From Octopus sinensis (Eukaryota): a stretch of DNA of 64,000 nucleotides. Every line of letters begins with the position of its first letter. Within the stretch, counting starts at the first letter, position 1. The stretch covers positions 60,822,001 to 60,886,000 of the forward strand of contig NC_043010.1 in NCBI RefSeq assembly GCF_006345805.1, read 5' to 3'. Of this stretch, positions 40,010 to 52,883 are shown in pieces. The translations under genes and the position numbers were made by a program. The notes under the pieces were generated by a model. That model was not told where the DNA came from. It ran no database searches and saw nothing but the letters and a program-made list of their open reading frames with translations.

Positions 40010-41428
40010 CAGGGTGTGTCAGCTGTTTGAGAACAAAACCTTTGAGACCCACAAGCGACCCCAGGCTTTAACATGATATCCTTCTCTTTTTTCAACCTTA
40101 ACACGGAAGATTTGAATCAAACACAAATGATGGAAAGGCAGACTGCTCTCATCACCTTAGCCACCAACCTCAGGGATTTTTAGCTTGTAACCTTCTGAAA
40201 TGTCACCAGGTTCTTTGTTTAAGATTAGAAATGAGCTCTTAGCCTGTGGCAGGAATGTGTCTTCATGGCCAAAAGAAAAAGACATTCTTGGTAATGAAAT
40301 TTTGTCAGAAAAGTTGGGTTTGTCCAGTAAGTCCAGGACATCAACTAAAATCCCAACAAATGAATGTGTGTCATTGCCAATCGTCTCCATGTGTCAGATG
40401 CACAGTGTATGAAGACATCAGATACAAATTCTGTGTTATGAGAATAGGGCAGATCATGCTTGATCAGGAGAACAGTGTGTTCCAGTTGAAGTACTTGCTT
40501 CACTAACCCAAGTACCCTGAGGAAACTTATATGTCCTGGTTCAGGTGGCGAGTCGGCAGAAACGTTAGCATGCTGGACGAAATGCTTAGCAGTATTTCGT
40601 CTGTCGTTACGTTCTGAGTTCAAAATCCACCGAGGTCGACTTTGCCTTTCATCCTTTCGGGGTCGATATATAAAGTACCAGTTTTGCTCTGGGGTCGATG
40701 TAATCGACTTAATCCGTTTGTCTGTCCTTGTTTGTCCCCTCTATGTTTAGCCCCTTGTGGGCAGTAAAGAAATATATATGTCCTGGTTCTTCTCCAATGA
40801 GAAGAACTTTGCCCACAATCAAAGAGTGAAGAGAAGGAATGACAGCTCTATGCCAGTCCTACTGAATTTTCTTTTGTTATGCACGCCAAATTCCCATTGT
40901 CTTTGATAGACTGGGGGGTGGGGGTGAGGCAATGTGGGTGAATGCATCAGCCTACATTAAGACAATGGAGATGGTTGTGAAGCCCTGGACTGAAAGAGTT
41001 GCTTGGAGGAAGCCATTTGGATTTCAGCAAGATTCTGCTTTCTCTCACAAAACCTGCACAACCCAAGAGTGGAAAGCTGAAAGTTTTCATGATAATGTGA
41101 CCCATGATATACTCCTGATACTCCTGATTTAATCTCACTTGACTACTATGTCTGGGGCATTGTTGAGAGGGAGACCAACAAGCATGCTCACAATACCGAG
41201 GACTCGTTAACGTCTGCTATTGAGTACGTTCTGGCCAACAGGAATAAAGATTGCCTGTTCAATGCATTTACTCATTTCAAGGTAGCAATAAAAGCTGATG
41301 GCAATTTTATTGAATTGCCTTTTGCTATGTGTAAGTAAGGCTAACAAATTCTATGAAAATATTTTGGTTTTTCTAATAAAAATTTTCAATTTCCTTAAAT
41401 TGTCTTCTCAAATAACTTAGGCACTCTG
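40010..41428 (+). mobile_element. Full-length decayed DD37D (maT-like) transposon interrupted by a SINE
   Basis: Left end TA+CAGGGTGTGTCAGCTGTTTGAGAACAAA; the right end read in reverse is CAGAGTGCCTAAGTTATTTGAGAAGACA. Transposase remnants: EDIRYK..MR.GQ, WFFSNEKNF, FQQDSA..H, LDYYVWGIVERETNKHAHNT. Confidence 0.85.
40543..40774 (+). mobile_element. SINE family S2 (tRNA-like head, GTCGACTTTGCCTTTCATCCTTTCGGGGTCGAT core) with 15-bp TSD
   Basis: TATATGTCCTGGTTC at 40528-40542 and 40775-40789. Other S2 copies at approximately 3945-4060, 13500-13720, 26170-26325, 30935-31110, 31835-31965, 42510-42650, 50510-50640, 56100-56320 (+) and 19245-19465, 43980-44185, 44790-44960, 51320-51400, 59998-60225 (-). 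Confidence 0.9.
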
Positions 41429-43489
41429 CATGTATGCACATATCCACACAAGTGTTTTCTGCCGGGGCTTCTACCAGACATTGGTAACTTTATAAAATGA
41501 CAGAATAAAAAATGTATCAGGTCAACAGCAGCAGTAGCTCCTAGGTCGAGGTGACATTTAACTGTACAATATGTCGTGGCCCTCACCCTGACTGTGACAA
41601 ATTATCTGTTCAGTGATCCAGAACTTGAGACTGGCCAAAAGGATTTACCAAACTAACAACTGCCACAATATACCTTGGAGTTATTAGGCTTAAGGTTCAA
41701 TTTTTCAATCTCTTGAGGAACTGCCAAGTATATTGTGTTAGTTATTATTTATTTTGTTTTAAAACTCTATAAGTGCAAGCGTGGCTGTGTGGTTAAGGTT
41801 CTTGCTTCGTAATCATGTGGTCTCATCTTTGGTCTCACTGTGCAGCACCTTGGGCAAATATGGCCTGCTGTAGCCCTCGTCCAACCAAAGGCTTGTGAGT
41901 GGATTTGTTAGACAAGAATCTCCATCATGCAAATGTTGCTGTTCTTTTCCAATCTTCCATGAGAAACATGTCTGGCCACAGGGAAATATTACCTGGCTTG
42001 GAAATAGGTGAGGATTGGTGACAGGAAGGGCATCCAGCTGTAGAAAATCAGCCTCAATGAATTCGGTCCAACCCATGCAAGCATAAGAAAAGTGGATGTT
42101 AGCACAATGATGATGTTATGCATATATGAATGTATGTGCATACGTGTATGTGTATACGTGTATGTGTATTTACATGTGTGTGTGTGTGTGTGTGCATGTA
42201 TGTTTGTGTCTGGTTGCCTTGACATCACACAACAGTTGCAAACAAACATCACCAACACACACACACACACACACAACATCCTTCATTTTCAATCTTCCAC
42301 AAAAACTTGTCTGGCCTTGTGGAAATGTTTCTACACTTTTACAACAGGATGTCTTTCTTGTTGCCAACCCCTAGGGTCATCTCTTATGACGCACAGGAGC
42401 ATTTCCAAAAGGGGCCGCAGTGTACCACTTCTACAAACCAGGACACACACTTCATAGAACAACAGTTCATATCCACATGAAAAAGATTCCATATTTCTAC
42501 ACACACACAGACATTCTGCCGAGGTTGACTTTGCCTTTCATCCTTTCATGATCAAAGATACAAGTACCAGTTGAATGCTGGGGTTGATGTAATCAACTTA
42601 CCTCTCCCCAAAAATTGCTGGCCTTGTGCCAAAATTTGAAAGCAATATTATTTTACACACAGAACAATTTATATACACTGAAAGTGAGTGTATATACTTA
42701 CACACAATGAGAGTATATATTCACACACACACAGAGCAAACGTGATTATGCTGTGTATAAATATAGTCGCTTGGACATAAACTCGATTGATAAACGCACA
42801 ACAAACAGGTTGGTTCATGTTGGTGATACTCAGCAATTAGCTGGCTTCCTTTATCAATATTACCTTTAAATGAGGGTTAACACTATAACTACTGGCATCG
42901 ATACTACGACGAACACTACCACAAACATCACCACCACCACCATTTCCACCACCACTACCACCACCACTACCACCACTACCACCACCACACTCACCACCAC
43001 TACACCCAAACCACCACCACCACCACCACTGCTACCACCCTACTACCACCACTACCATCGCCACAACCATTGTTCTGAGCCCCAGTCCAATTCTTCTGAC
43101 AAGTTCTTCCTGTTTGAAAGAAACTCTTATCAATATTCATTTTATTGTTGATGTTGTTCATGATGATGATGATGATGATGATGATGATGCTGTCTGGTTA
43201 TAGGTTAATGTTGTTGTTGTTGTTGTTGTTGTTGTTTTATTAATGGGTTCTAATCATTTTGATAAAAACCATTAGAATTGATGGTTGTTTGGCCCCTTGT
43301 TGTAGCAACAAAAATAACTGCTAAAGCAACAACAACATCAACAAGAAATGTTGCAACAGCAAAAGCATCAATTAAGGCAACATTGCTAGGGTAAAGAAAA
43401 GGATGATGATAATAATAATAATAAGAAGAAGAAGAACAATATTATTATTAATAATAATAATAATAATAATATATAATAATAATATAATA

Positions 43490-43534
<45 letters not shown>

Positions 43535-43637
43535 AATATAATAATAATAATATAATAATAATAATAATAATGATGATGATGATAATGATGATGGTGGGGG
43601 TGGGGTGGGGTGGGGTGATGATGAGGAGGAGGGGGAG

Positions 43638-43903
43638 GATAAGCAGTTGTGGTCGATGAAAAAGGTGATAGTAGTACCAATAATTGTCAGAGCCCTGGGA
43701 ACAGTGAGTAAAAATCTCGAGAAGTATGTGGAACAAATAGGGGCTGCAATAAGGGTGGAAGTCATGCAGAAAACAGCACTGCTTGGAACTACTTAAATAC
43801 TACAGAAGGTGCTCGAAAAATAAGGGGTGTTACCTTAGTTCACTGGTAGTGAGCAGCTGACACCGTAGTACATCTCCAGCATTAGAAACTGTGCAAAGGC
43901 AAT
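43638..43903 (+). mobile_element. Short R4/Dong-type 3'-end element
   Basis: Same peptide and 3' UTR as 31204-31466; preceded by AAT/GAT/GAG repeats and followed by GAT/GGT repeats. Confidence 0.8.
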
Positions 43904-44196
43904 GATGATGATGATGACGGTGGTGGTGGTGGTGGTGGTGGTGGTGGTGGTGATGGTGGTGGTGGTGGTGGTGGTAGTAATCCTTTCTACTATTGGCACT
44001 AGGCCTTTAATTTGTGGGGAGGAGGATAGATAATTAGATTGACCCCAGTACTTGACTGGTACTCAATTTATCAACCTCGAAAGGATGAAAGGCAAAGTCG
44101 ACCTCAGCGAAATTTGAACTCGGAGCACAGCAGCACACAAAATACTGCTGAGCATTTAGCCCAGCATGCTAATGAGTCTGCCAGCTTGCTGCCCTA

Positions 44197-44277
<81 letters not shown>

Positions 44278-45445
44278 AATAATAAAAATAATAATGATAA
44301 TATATTGTTTTGTCTTAGTATAAAAAGTGGGCTACAGCAAATATTCTGCTCAACACCACAGATACGCTTGTCAGTTGTTTGACCTTCACCAGTTGAGCAT
44401 GTCCCTTAGTGGCTGATGATATGTGCATCTCTGATTACAAGCAGATGTAGTGGGAGAGCATCTTAGCCATGTGTTGAGAGGAATTCTTCGGGGTTTGGAT
44501 AATTCACCTCTGGAAACATGGGTGTTTTGTTCATCATCCTTAAACAACCCTTATTCAGAGACCTTTTGAGTGGAATGGGCTACTCAACCTGAAGGAAATT
44601 CTAACTGGGCCCCACCTGCAAGGTCATGCACTGTTTATCTTGATATAGGATCATCATGTCATGCAGATTTGGTTGTGATGCATATGCCCAATGTACCCTT
44701 ATCAGACGGGTAGTCATGATGGGTATACTGGGCTTTGTATCTTTTACCCCAGGGTCACTTTGATGGCATGCACTGCTCCCTCAGATTGCTGGAACAAGGC
44801 ATGAAATTTTGAGGAGGAGCCAAGTCAGTTGCATCAACCCCAGTGTTTGACTGGTACATATTTTATCAACCCTGAAAGGATGAAAAGCTAAGTCAACCTT
44901 GGTGGAATTTGAACTCAGACAAAATGCCACTCAGCATTTTGCTTGGCATACCCTCACGCTTCTGCCCTTTATGGGTGTAAAGAAATAATGAGAATTAACA
45001 CACACTCACATTCCGTTTTTTTACATTCATACATGCATATGTGTATGTATGTATATATGTATGTATGTATGTGTGTGTGTTTATATGTATGTATATATAT
45101 ATGTGGGTACTTATATGTATTTATGAGTATGTATGTGGTTGATGCCAGTGACCCCTGACTGGCTCCCGTGCCAGAGGTGCATAAAAAGCACTATCTGAAT
45201 GTGATCTATGCCAGTGCCACCTGACTTGCTCTCATGGTGGTGGCACATAAAAAGCACCCACTATACTCTCGGAGGAAGGGCATCAAGCTGTAGAAACCTT
45301 GCCAGATCAGGCTGGAGCCCGGTGCAGCTGCTGGCTCTCCATACGTCAATCAAACCATCCAACCCATGCCAGCATGGAAAACGGACGTAAAACGATGATG
45401 ATGATGATGATGTATGTATGTGTGTGTTTATATATATATATATAT

Positions 45446-45484
<39 letters not shown>

Positions 45485-45686
45485 GGTATGTATGTATGTA
45501 TTATGTGTTTGTGTGTGTATGTGTGTGTGTGTGTGTGTGTGTGTAGTGTGTGTGCGTGTGTGTGTGCATGACTTCACCTTCACAAGACTAATAAATTGTC
45601 ATGTGACTAATATGAAAGAGATTGAACATAATAAATGTGAAAGAACAAAACAGCCCAAAGTTTTCGCTTCCAAATTAATTCAATGT

Positions 45687-45716
45687 TTCTTCTTCTTCTT
45701 CTTCTTCTCCTTGCAG
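45687..45716 (+). promoter_or_regulatory. 3' splice acceptor upstream of the protocadherin ATG
   Basis: (TTC)n polypyrimidine tract ending TCTCCTTGCAG|G; AG at 45715-45716, 44 nt before the first ATG. Confidence 0.75.
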
Positions 45717-45760
45717 GGCCTGTAGATATATTTCTTTGAAGACCAGCGTCTGCAACTGCT

Positions 45761-48313
45761 ATGCATGAGGCTATGTTAGCGGAGCTGTTGTTACTGTTTC
45801 TCCTGCTGCATAACTCATCCTGCACAGACCTTTCCTACAATGTAGCAGAAGAGAAACGCCCTGGGACGTTGATTGGTGACATAGCTGAAGACACCCACTT
45901 CCATGACCAGTTCTCGGCCCAGGATCACAGCCAGATCACATTTAGTCAGCTTCATGTAGGTTCATCGGAAAACTTTGAGCTTTTTAACATCTCCAAAACA
46001 GGGAAGCTTTACACAGTTAAAAGGTTGGATGCTGAAGCCCTTTGCATATATGCCACGGATTGTTTCAGGATTCTAAAATGTGTGATACATCAAGAGGAAG
46101 CATTTGTTAAAATATTAAAAATAAAAGTTAGCATAGAAGATATAAATGACCACCGACCAGAGTTTCCCAACAGTCAGGTGGACCTTTGGTTCTCGGAAAC
46201 TGATGGAAGGGGCACAAAGCGATCAATAGCCAATGCAATAGATAGAGATGTGGGTATCTTAACTTCCAAAATTACGTACGAACTTAGTAAAGATGTAGAC
46301 GAACCCTTTTCATTGACAGTTTCAAAAAGAGTTGACGGCCGGGCCAAACTTGAAATTATCCTCGATGAAAAGTTAGACAGGGAAGTGAGAGATCAATATT
46401 CTCTGGAAGTTATTGCCAAAGATGAAGGATACCCACCACAACAAAGTAGTTTAAGGGTTCAAATATCCATTTCAGATGTTAACGACAACTCACCCATTTT
46501 CTCACAGAATGTTTATAATGTTTCCATTAAAAAATCCCACCCAAGGTCCATACCAGTTGTAACTCTCTCTGCAACAGATCTAGATGCAGGCGAGAACAGT
46601 CGAATATTTTACCGCTTTAGTTCTCAGACTTCCAATATTGCCAAAGACTATTTTGATTTGAATGAAATGTCAGGGGAAATCTTCCTGCGGAGAAGATTCC
46701 CATCAAGACAAATACTAACCTATAAATTATTTGTAGATGTCATCGATGGTGGAAATCCTCCCCTAAGTTCCACTGCTGTTGTATTTGTAAATGTTATCAA
46801 CCAACAAAATAAAACTCCCCGTATTGACGTTAAATTCCTCACTTCACAATCCGAAAACTCTGCAACAATCTCAGAAGCCATTAAGGTAGGAAGTTTCATT
46901 GCCTATGTGATAATTATTGACGATGATATTGGCCAAAATGGAGAGATTTCTTGTGAACTTAACCATGATAAATTCCAGCTACAGATTTTAGGCTCAAAAG
47001 AATACCAAGTAATTGCAAAAAATCCCATAGACCGAGAAGAACAAGACCATTTTGAGTTTTCCATAATATGTCAAGACAAAGGGACGCCTCCATTGAAAGC
47101 AGAACGTAAGTTTTCAATCCAAGTGACAGACGTCAACGATGTGAGACCAGAATTTACAAAAGATACATTCAAGTTCCTCTCTTATGAGAACCAGGCTCCA
47201 AATTTCCCAGTTGGTTTTGTCAATGCTACTGATCCTGACTTAGATTCTGGAGGTGAACTCCACTATTTCATGTCTGAGAAAGATGAAAATAGCCTTCCTT
47301 TTCAAATATCGGAGAATGGGTTGATCACCACAAAAGGCCGAATAGACCGAGAAACTAAAGAATTGTATGAATTTCCAGTGTTTGTCCGAGACAACGGAAG
47401 ACCTTCACTGAACACTTCTGCCAGCGTTGTTGTGGAAGTGATGGATGAAAATGACAATGCACCATTCTTTACTTTTCCAAGTGAGAATCCTGCAGTTATG
47501 GAGGTCTACTATGAACCACAAAGTAGCAACAATATCACTTTTTTGAAAGCTTTCGATAATGACAGTCCAAGAAACGCCTTCCTTCAGTTTGAAATTGTTG
47601 GAGGCAACGAAAGAGATTTGTTTGCGCTTGATTCTTATAATGGTTTGTTGTCTTTCACACGGGATGTTTACCGAAATGATGCTGGTTCCTATGACCTACA
47701 GTTCCTCGTCAAAGACAGTGGCATTCCCGTTCTGTCATCAACAACAACACTAACTTTAATCCTGAGTGTCAGCAATGATACACAGGAAATGATCATGCAC
47801 CAGCGAACACAGCCGAGTGACAGAATCCACCTCAATTTGGTCATAGTTATTGTACTGCTTTCTGTGATAATAGCCATATCAATATCGATCTCATTAACAG
47901 TTTGTATTATTCAGTGGAAAAACCAATCCAAAGCACCAGAAAGTGGACGAGTCAGCCCGACAATAAAACAAGCAGCTGAACAAAGTCTTTTGAATTATTC
48001 TGCTGAGCAAGAAATATTCCATACAGATCCGCAAGTAAACAGAAGGTCTTCAGAACAACAGAGTCTCAGTAATTCCACTCTTTCCAGGAGACACAGCAAT
48101 GAGCGTAGTTCAGCAGAAATGTCAATACAAGAACAAAAAATTATTATTCCTGAACAGAAAATGACTCCAGAACAAATAGAAGCCGCAAACAGAAGAACGT
48201 NNNNNNNNNNNNNNNNNNNNNNNNNNNNNNNNNNNNNNNNNNNNNNNNNNNNNNNNNNNNNNNNNNNNNNNNNNNNNNNNNNNNNNNNNNNNNNNNNNNN
48301 AGAGGAAATGTTG
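45761..48313 (+). CDS. Protocadherin (six cadherin repeats, single TM), main coding exon; C-terminus incomplete
   Basis: ORF 45761..48379. Signal peptide MLAELLLLFLLLHNSSC (second ATG at 45773 is a plausible start). Six EC repeats with linkers DINDHRP, DVNDNSP, NQQNKTP, DVNDVRP, DENDNAP, plus DRE, DXD and AXDXG motifs. TM LVIVIVLLSVIIAISISISLTVCII at ~47837-47911, then a Ser/Gln-rich tail. The exon probably ends at the TTG|GTGAGT donor at 48313; frame across the N gap is unverifiable. Confidence 0.96.
48201..48300. other. Assembly gap (100 N; true size unknown)
   Basis: Run of exactly 100 N inside the protocadherin cytoplasmic region. Confidence 1.
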
Positions 48314-48319
48314 GTGAGT
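48311..48319 (+). promoter_or_regulatory. 5' splice donor closing the protocadherin coding exon
   Basis: TTG|GTGAGT, matching the GTRAGT consensus, 13 nt after the gap. Confidence 0.65.
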
Positions 48320-49164
48320 TTGCTTTCAGTAACCATGGGAACTGAAGGAATACAATATGTGATCCATAATGGATGGTAATCAGTGATAAAAAGGTTTTGC
48401 CAATCAAGGAATTAGGTCCCAGCTTCATTGAGAACCCTAATATTAGAAAGAAAAGTCCAAAAATATTTTTGATATAACGACGTGAATATAGAAATCTTGG
48501 CAATTTTTGTTTCCCACTGCTGCTAATGCTGCTGTTGTTGTTGTTGTGTCTGTTGTCGTTGTTGTTGTCGTTGTCGTCATTGTCGTCATCGTTGAGTAGC
48601 CTTTGTCAGTTTTCCTGAAGTTGAACTTAAATATTCTAACTGTAACTCCCCCCCCCCACCCCACCCCCACTCCCACCTTCTCTATCTGTCTTGTGAGCAT
48701 GGCACAAGACTTCTGGTGTGTATCTGCTCCTTCTAACGGAAATGGTGATGCCACATAGCTGCATAGTTCCTTCTTGTTGTTGTCGTTACTGTTAACGTTT
48801 ATTCAGATGCTCTGATCATCTTTATTCACTGTTAGTCAACCTTAGTTACCCTTCACCGAGCTCTTAAAATGGTTCCCAAAGTGTTAAGTCCAAATAGTAT
48901 TTTAAACGGAATTTAATATAAACTAATAAAAACTTCAGAGAATTCCCATTCTTTACTTTCTTGCTTCATAAATAAAACAGATTTCAATTGGTTTTCTTCT
49001 CACGAGTTTTCAAATATAATTTTGTTATTTTTGTGTGCACCTCATTAAATCATTAAACACACACACACACACACAAATATATATACATATATATATATAT
49101 ATAATATATATATATATATATACATACATATATTATATACATAATATATATACAATATATATAT

Positions 49165-49340
49165 AGATCGCTAGCCACTAAACCTTTTTTTATATTTCTC
49201 TCCCTGTTCATTTCTGTTCCTTTCTGCTGAAGAGCGTAGGCCGAAATGTAAAACACTTTCTCACTTCCCGAGCGTTAAACTAATACATCTGTTTTCTGTT
49301 TACACAACCGTCTTCGTCTTTTGTTTTTTTGTAAATTACA
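49165..49340 (+). mobile_element. Family B element
   Basis: CTTT CTGCTGA A GAGC-GTAG-GCC GAAATGTA AAA; starts inside a (TA)n tract. Confidence 0.65.
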
Positions 49341-49426
49341 TATTAGTAATAGAATAATATACATACATAGCTACATTGCATAACATCACATACACTTTGG
49401 AAGGATATAGATATAGTGTATGTGTG

Positions 49427-49459
<33 letters not shown>

Positions 49460-50406
49460 ATGTATTTATATGTATGTATGTGTGTATATATATATATATA
49501 TATGTATGTATGTGTGTATATATATGTATGCATGTATGTATATATACATAGATATGAAAAGAGAGAGAGAGAGAGCTGATTCCATTGTAGACACATATGC
49601 TGCCTCTTGTGACATTAGAACCCTTTCCCTCTTCCTTTAAACCAAGTTGCCAGTTTGTGTTATCAGTGTTGTTCTTGTTAATGTTGTTGTTCTTGTTATT
49701 ATTGTTATCATTATTATTATTATTATTAATGTTATTATCTGTGGTGGTGGTGGTGGTGGTGGTGGTGGTGGTGGTTATGGTGGTGATGTTATTGATGATG
49801 TTATTGTTGTTAATTCACAGAGATACTAATATGGATGTGTGTGTGTGTGTGTGTAGATGTATATGTGTGTGCGTGTGTGTGTGTAAATGTGTGCATGTAT
49901 GTGCATGTGTGTTGTGTGGGGTATGTTCCTGTGTTAGCATGTGTGTGTGTGTGTGTGTTTTAAGTCTATCTGTTGCCAATGCACGCTACTTTTCATCACG
50001 ATGATGATGATGATGGTGATTGGGATGATGGTGGTGTTGGTTGTGATAATGATGATGATGATGATGTCGATGAGGACAATAAATATGCACAGAAAACTCA
50101 GTCATAACAACAACAACAACAGCAACAACAACAACAGTCACACTTTCCGTACTTAACAATATTATAAACACATCTTTACTATTTACCTTACAATCGATAT
50201 AGACCCTTGTAGAGGTTTAATTAGCAGTGGTGGTCGTGGCAGAGGCATTGATTATGATGATGATGAATAACAACAACAATGATGATGATGATGACAATGG
50301 CGATGATGATGATGATGGTGATGTTTTATCAAATGTCCAGAGCAATTGAGCAACTCTGACCTTAACTCCAAAATTTCTGGCCTTTGGGCCGAAATTAAAA
50401 TTAAAA

Positions 50407-50462
<56 letters not shown>

Positions 50463-50679
50463 GAGCTGATGAAGCTGTTGGTGCATCAGAGAGAATGTTT
50501 AGCAACATTCCTTCCAGCTCTACATTCTGAGTTCAAATTCCGGCGAGGCTGATTTTGTATTTCATCCCTGCAGGATCAGTAAACAAAGGATCACCTGCAC
50601 ACTGAGGTTGAGGTAATTGCCTAACCCCTCACCAAAAAATTTCAATAGAAAGGATTGTTATTATTATTATTTTTTTTTA

Positions 50680-50715
<36 letters not shown>

Positions 50716-50718
<3 letters not shown>

Positions 50719-50947
50719 ACTTGATTCAGGATTAGTCTTATTCTTACCCCTGGTAGAATTTATGTGGGTAGTGGATTACTCCCTGTAACCTGAGATATCC
50801 ACAGGACTCCGATAAGGCTTCAAATGCTCAGAACATTTCTAAAGATCTTTGCTGTTCCTCAGAGGCAAACCTTCTGTAGAAGCTCTACAGGACATTCCAC
50901 CCCAATCTCCTTTAATCGTTTGTCTATGTCATCACTGATTTGAGTAA
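50716..50947 (-). mobile_element. R4/Dong-type 3'-end fragment, different subfamily
   Basis: DKRLKEIGVECPVELLQKVCL*GTAKIFRNVL followed by a 3' UTR ending in (AAT)n. Confidence 0.6.
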
Positions 50948-51402
50948 TTATTATTCTTACTACTACTACTACTACTACTATAATATAGATAATGGCAACA
51001 AAAAAGAAGTCATAAATTCTTGGGGAAAAGTAAAAAAACAAAACCCTTTACTGTGACTAACATATGATTGGCTTCGAAAGATAAATTAGACCCAGTTAGA
51101 ATATGGACTCAAGACTGCTAGCTCCGTAGGTATTACAAGACATGAAAAGGCAGAGGTGTATCATCTTTGTAACAACCACGCTGAAAACATTTATTTCAGT
51201 AAATTTTCAAAAGTACAGCTGAGAATGACGATGATGATGATGATGATGGTAATGATGATGAGAATAATGAAAATAATAATAATAATAATAATAATAATAG
51301 TAATAATAATAATAATAATCCTTTCTACGGTAGGCACAAGGCCTGAAATTTTGAGGGATGGGGGTTGGCCGATTGCTTATTTTATCACCCCCAAAAGGAT
51401 AA

Positions 51403-51433
<31 letters not shown>

Positions 51434-51868
51434 GGTGCATTGTGTTTAATCATGGGTTGATGATGATATTTCATCTGCTGTAAATGGAACAAAAAAAAGC
51501 ATTCCATTTGAAGACAAAGAGAAAAAATAAATACGACAGCACACACACACACACATACATATATATATACATATATATATATACATACATACACACACAC
51601 ATGCACACACACACACACACGCACACATATAAGCACGTAGGTGCAAAACAAGTTAGCAAACCTAGTACTCAAATACTACAGGTAGAGCGAAATACTCATT
51701 TATTGAAACCAAAAGAAAAAGACTTCACAAACTGTTTATTCAGAGTTTCAGGAAAATATTCATCACAAAGTTGGGATTAAATTATCACAATTGGTCTGTT
51801 AAACACTTACACGAAATCTGAGAAATAGTTTCTGAAGCTTTTCCATATATACATATATATATACATAT

Positions 51869-51925
<57 letters not shown>

Positions 51926-52184
51926 ATTATTATTATATGTATGTGGGTGTGTGTGTGATAATAGTATAATGTATGTATGTATATATATATATATATATAT
52001 AATATATTAATATATTATATATATATATATATATAATATATACATATATACATATATACATACATATACATATATATGTACCTGATTGTGAGCATATATT
52101 AAAATAAATAATAAAGAAAAAAATATTACAAAACAATGTATGATTATTACAATACAATATGTATGTGTACATAGTGTGTGTATA

Positions 52185-52228
<44 letters not shown>

Positions 52229-52827
52229 GATATATATATGTATGTATACACACACACACACACATACATACATGCATGCATATATATATTATATATATAT
52301 TATATATATATATATATATGTATGTATATATGTATATATGTATATATAAATGTATGTATGTATGTATATAATGTATGTATATAATATGTGTTTATAACTA
52401 ATCAAACAACATATACCTATGAAATACTAATGATTTCCCAAATAGACAACATGAATTCTTGGATTTATGAAGGAGGGAAGCTGGTTAATTGTGATGTTTA
52501 ATGCCTTTTATGGTCATTGAAGAATTAAAACTGGGTGTTGTGGTCACTCGATAGCATCCACCACAATAATGGTTAAAATTATTATAGTAATAATGAAGCA
52601 AAGATATTTCCCATTATTTTACATCATTTCAAGCAAAATATTTTCTGTGAAACATTTTATCCCACCAAATAATGAGAAATTTGGGTTAAATTGAACAAAA
52701 CCTCTGTCCAATTCTATTAGAAAAAACCTATCTCCAACACTGATTGTTGCAGATATAATATTTCTATTTTTTCAATCGTCATTCTGAGCATGCAGGTCCC
52801 ACCTTTACTGTTTGAGAGGTAAAAGTT

Positions 52828-52883
<56 letters not shown>

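Noticed and set aside
48314-48379. C-terminal peptide VSLLSVTMGTEGIQYVIHNGW of the 872-aa ORF
   Set aside because: Begins at a consensus GTGAGT donor and lies beyond a gap of unknown size; probably intron.
47995-48503. Antisense ORFs over the protocadherin tail
   Set aside because: They span the N gap and shadow the sense ORF; no independent features.
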